Below, piece after piece: positions 62,640-64,000 of a stretch of DNA of 64,000 nucleotides (positions within the stretch are counted from its first letter, which is position 1; each line of letters begins with the position of its first letter). The DNA lies in the NCBI GenBank assembly GCA_963514005.1, contig OY740808.1, forward strand, positions 17,608,001 to 17,672,000, written 5' to 3'. The notes under the pieces are model-generated. The model was given only the letters and a program-made list of their open reading frames with translations, made no database searches and was not told the DNA's origin. Source of the DNA: Raja brachyura (lineage: Eukaryota). The position numbers and the translations under genes were made by a program.

Positions 62640-63414
62640 TGAGGGGGGAAAGATTTAATAGGAACCTGAAGAATTACTTTTTTACACAAAGGGTAGTGGG
62701 TGCATGGAACGAGCTGCTGGAGGAGGAAGTTGTGGCAGGTACTGTTTCAACATTTAAATAACATTTCGACACATAATGGATAAAATAGGTTTAGAGGGAT
62801 ACAAACCAAACACAGGCTGGTGGGACTAGTGTAGATGGAGCATGTTGGGCCGAAGGGCCTGTTTCCACACTGTATGACTCCATGAGTCTTAAGTTGTTTA
62901 GGCAGTTTTGATCACCCTGCTATAGGAAGGATGTCTTTAAGATGGAAAGAGTGCAGAGAAGATTTATGAGGATGCCACTAGAACTTGAGGGCCTAAGCTA
63001 TATGGAGAGATTGGGCAAGCAAGGACTTTATTCTTCAGAACGCAGGAGGCTGAGGGGTGAACTTAACATCATGGTGGGGATAGACAGGATGAATGCACAC
63101 AGTCATTTACCCAGAGTAGGAGAATCTAGAACCAGAGGACATAAGTTTAAGGTGAGATGCAAAGATTTAAAAGGAACCTGAGGGGCAACTTTTTCACAAA
63201 GATTGGTGGGAATATGGGATGACCTGCCAAAGGAGTTAGTTGAGGCAGGCACTGTACTGTAACAACCTTTAAAAAAAAACAATGGAGAGGTACATGGATG
63301 GTAAGGGTTTATATGGTCCAAATGCGGGCTGGTGAGACTAGCGTGGATGGGGGAGCTTGGTCGGCATGGGTAAGTTGGGCCGAAGTCTGTTTCCTTGCTG
63401 TATATGACTCTATA
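62640..63414 (+). mobile_element. Two tandem CR1 3' fragments (second subfamily)
   Basis: 62640-62885 and 62900-63414, each ending atgactc; ERVQRRFMRM..LEGLSY. Confidence 0.85.
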
Positions 63415-63841
63415 ACTCCTTAAATAGATATGCCAAAATATCTCAATTGTCTGAGGGAAGACATTTTCCCTCATAAATTGCTGCGCCTTTATCCTGCAGC
63501 AATAACTTTCTCCAGCTAAGCAAAGCAGCCTTTGTCAGCATTTACAGAAACAAACATTGACCAAACCAAGGGTGGACCAGCAAGGACCTTTATGACCATG
63601 ATGTGTGCATTAATCAAGAATTGGAACAGGAATTGCTGTATGAATTGAAAATAATTTTCCTTACATGTATTAAATAAAATGAAGATTAATGGAAATATTT
63701 TATACAGTATGCTCAGGACTTTAAAGCTGCCAAATCTCTCACTTTTCCCTTCCTCAGTGAATCTATAGGTTTCTGTCACTGAATCAATTGATTAATATTC
63801 TCAGCTGCTCCTTACAAAGAGTGTGCTACCAAATACCATAC

Positions 63842-63956
63842 ATCCTTGTCTTTCGCAAACTTTTCAATTGAATAACAGCAAAGATGGAAACTGTAGGAGT
63901 CCACCACAGAGGCAAAGTGGTGGTGACTGGGCAGGCTTTCATTATGATGTACAAAC
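63842..63956 (-). CDS. Possible upstream exon of the unidentified gene (..FVHHNESLPSHHHFASVVDSYSFHLCCYSIEKFAKDKD); 5' boundary uncertain
   Basis: Open frame ending at a phase-0 donor GAT|GTATGG. The acceptor is not clearly identifiable; an in-frame stop lies at 63998-64000. Confidence 0.35.
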
Positions 63957-64000
63957 CTCAAAATAACTGCCTCATATCTCTGAACAGTCTCCTCAGATCA

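Overview
Vertebrate genomic DNA, about 42% GC by eye. The repeat content (HER1/CR1 LINEs, HE1-type V-SINEs, Penelope elements) points to a cartilaginous fish, probably a skate or ray (inference). On the + strand are the last seven coding exons of KIAA1671 (13066-24790, plus a candidate alternative first exon at 5264-5332) and two complete lens crystallin genes, CRYBB3 (CDS 37186-43991, 215 aa) and CRYBB2 (CDS 51853-57396, 207 aa). This is the same gene order as human chr22. On the - strand, five phase-consistent 3' exons of a gene I cannot identify converge on CRYBB2 (59642 to at least 63842). Most long ORFs in the supplied track are retroelement fragments (CR1, L1/Tx1, Rex1/Babar, Penelope, L2). 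The most notable observations are: (1) an endogenous-retrovirus remnant between the crystallin genes, with a 3' LTR, PPT and env TM stub fused to an apparently spliced fragment of the host SNRNP40 mRNA, suggesting retroviral gene capture; (2) a family of short palindromic Penelope-derived inserts with long TSDs and a minimal hammerhead-ribozyme motif; (3) a 210-bp near-perfect hairpin just upstream of the first coding exon of CRYBB2. All coordinates were read by eye and repeat boundaries are approximate.
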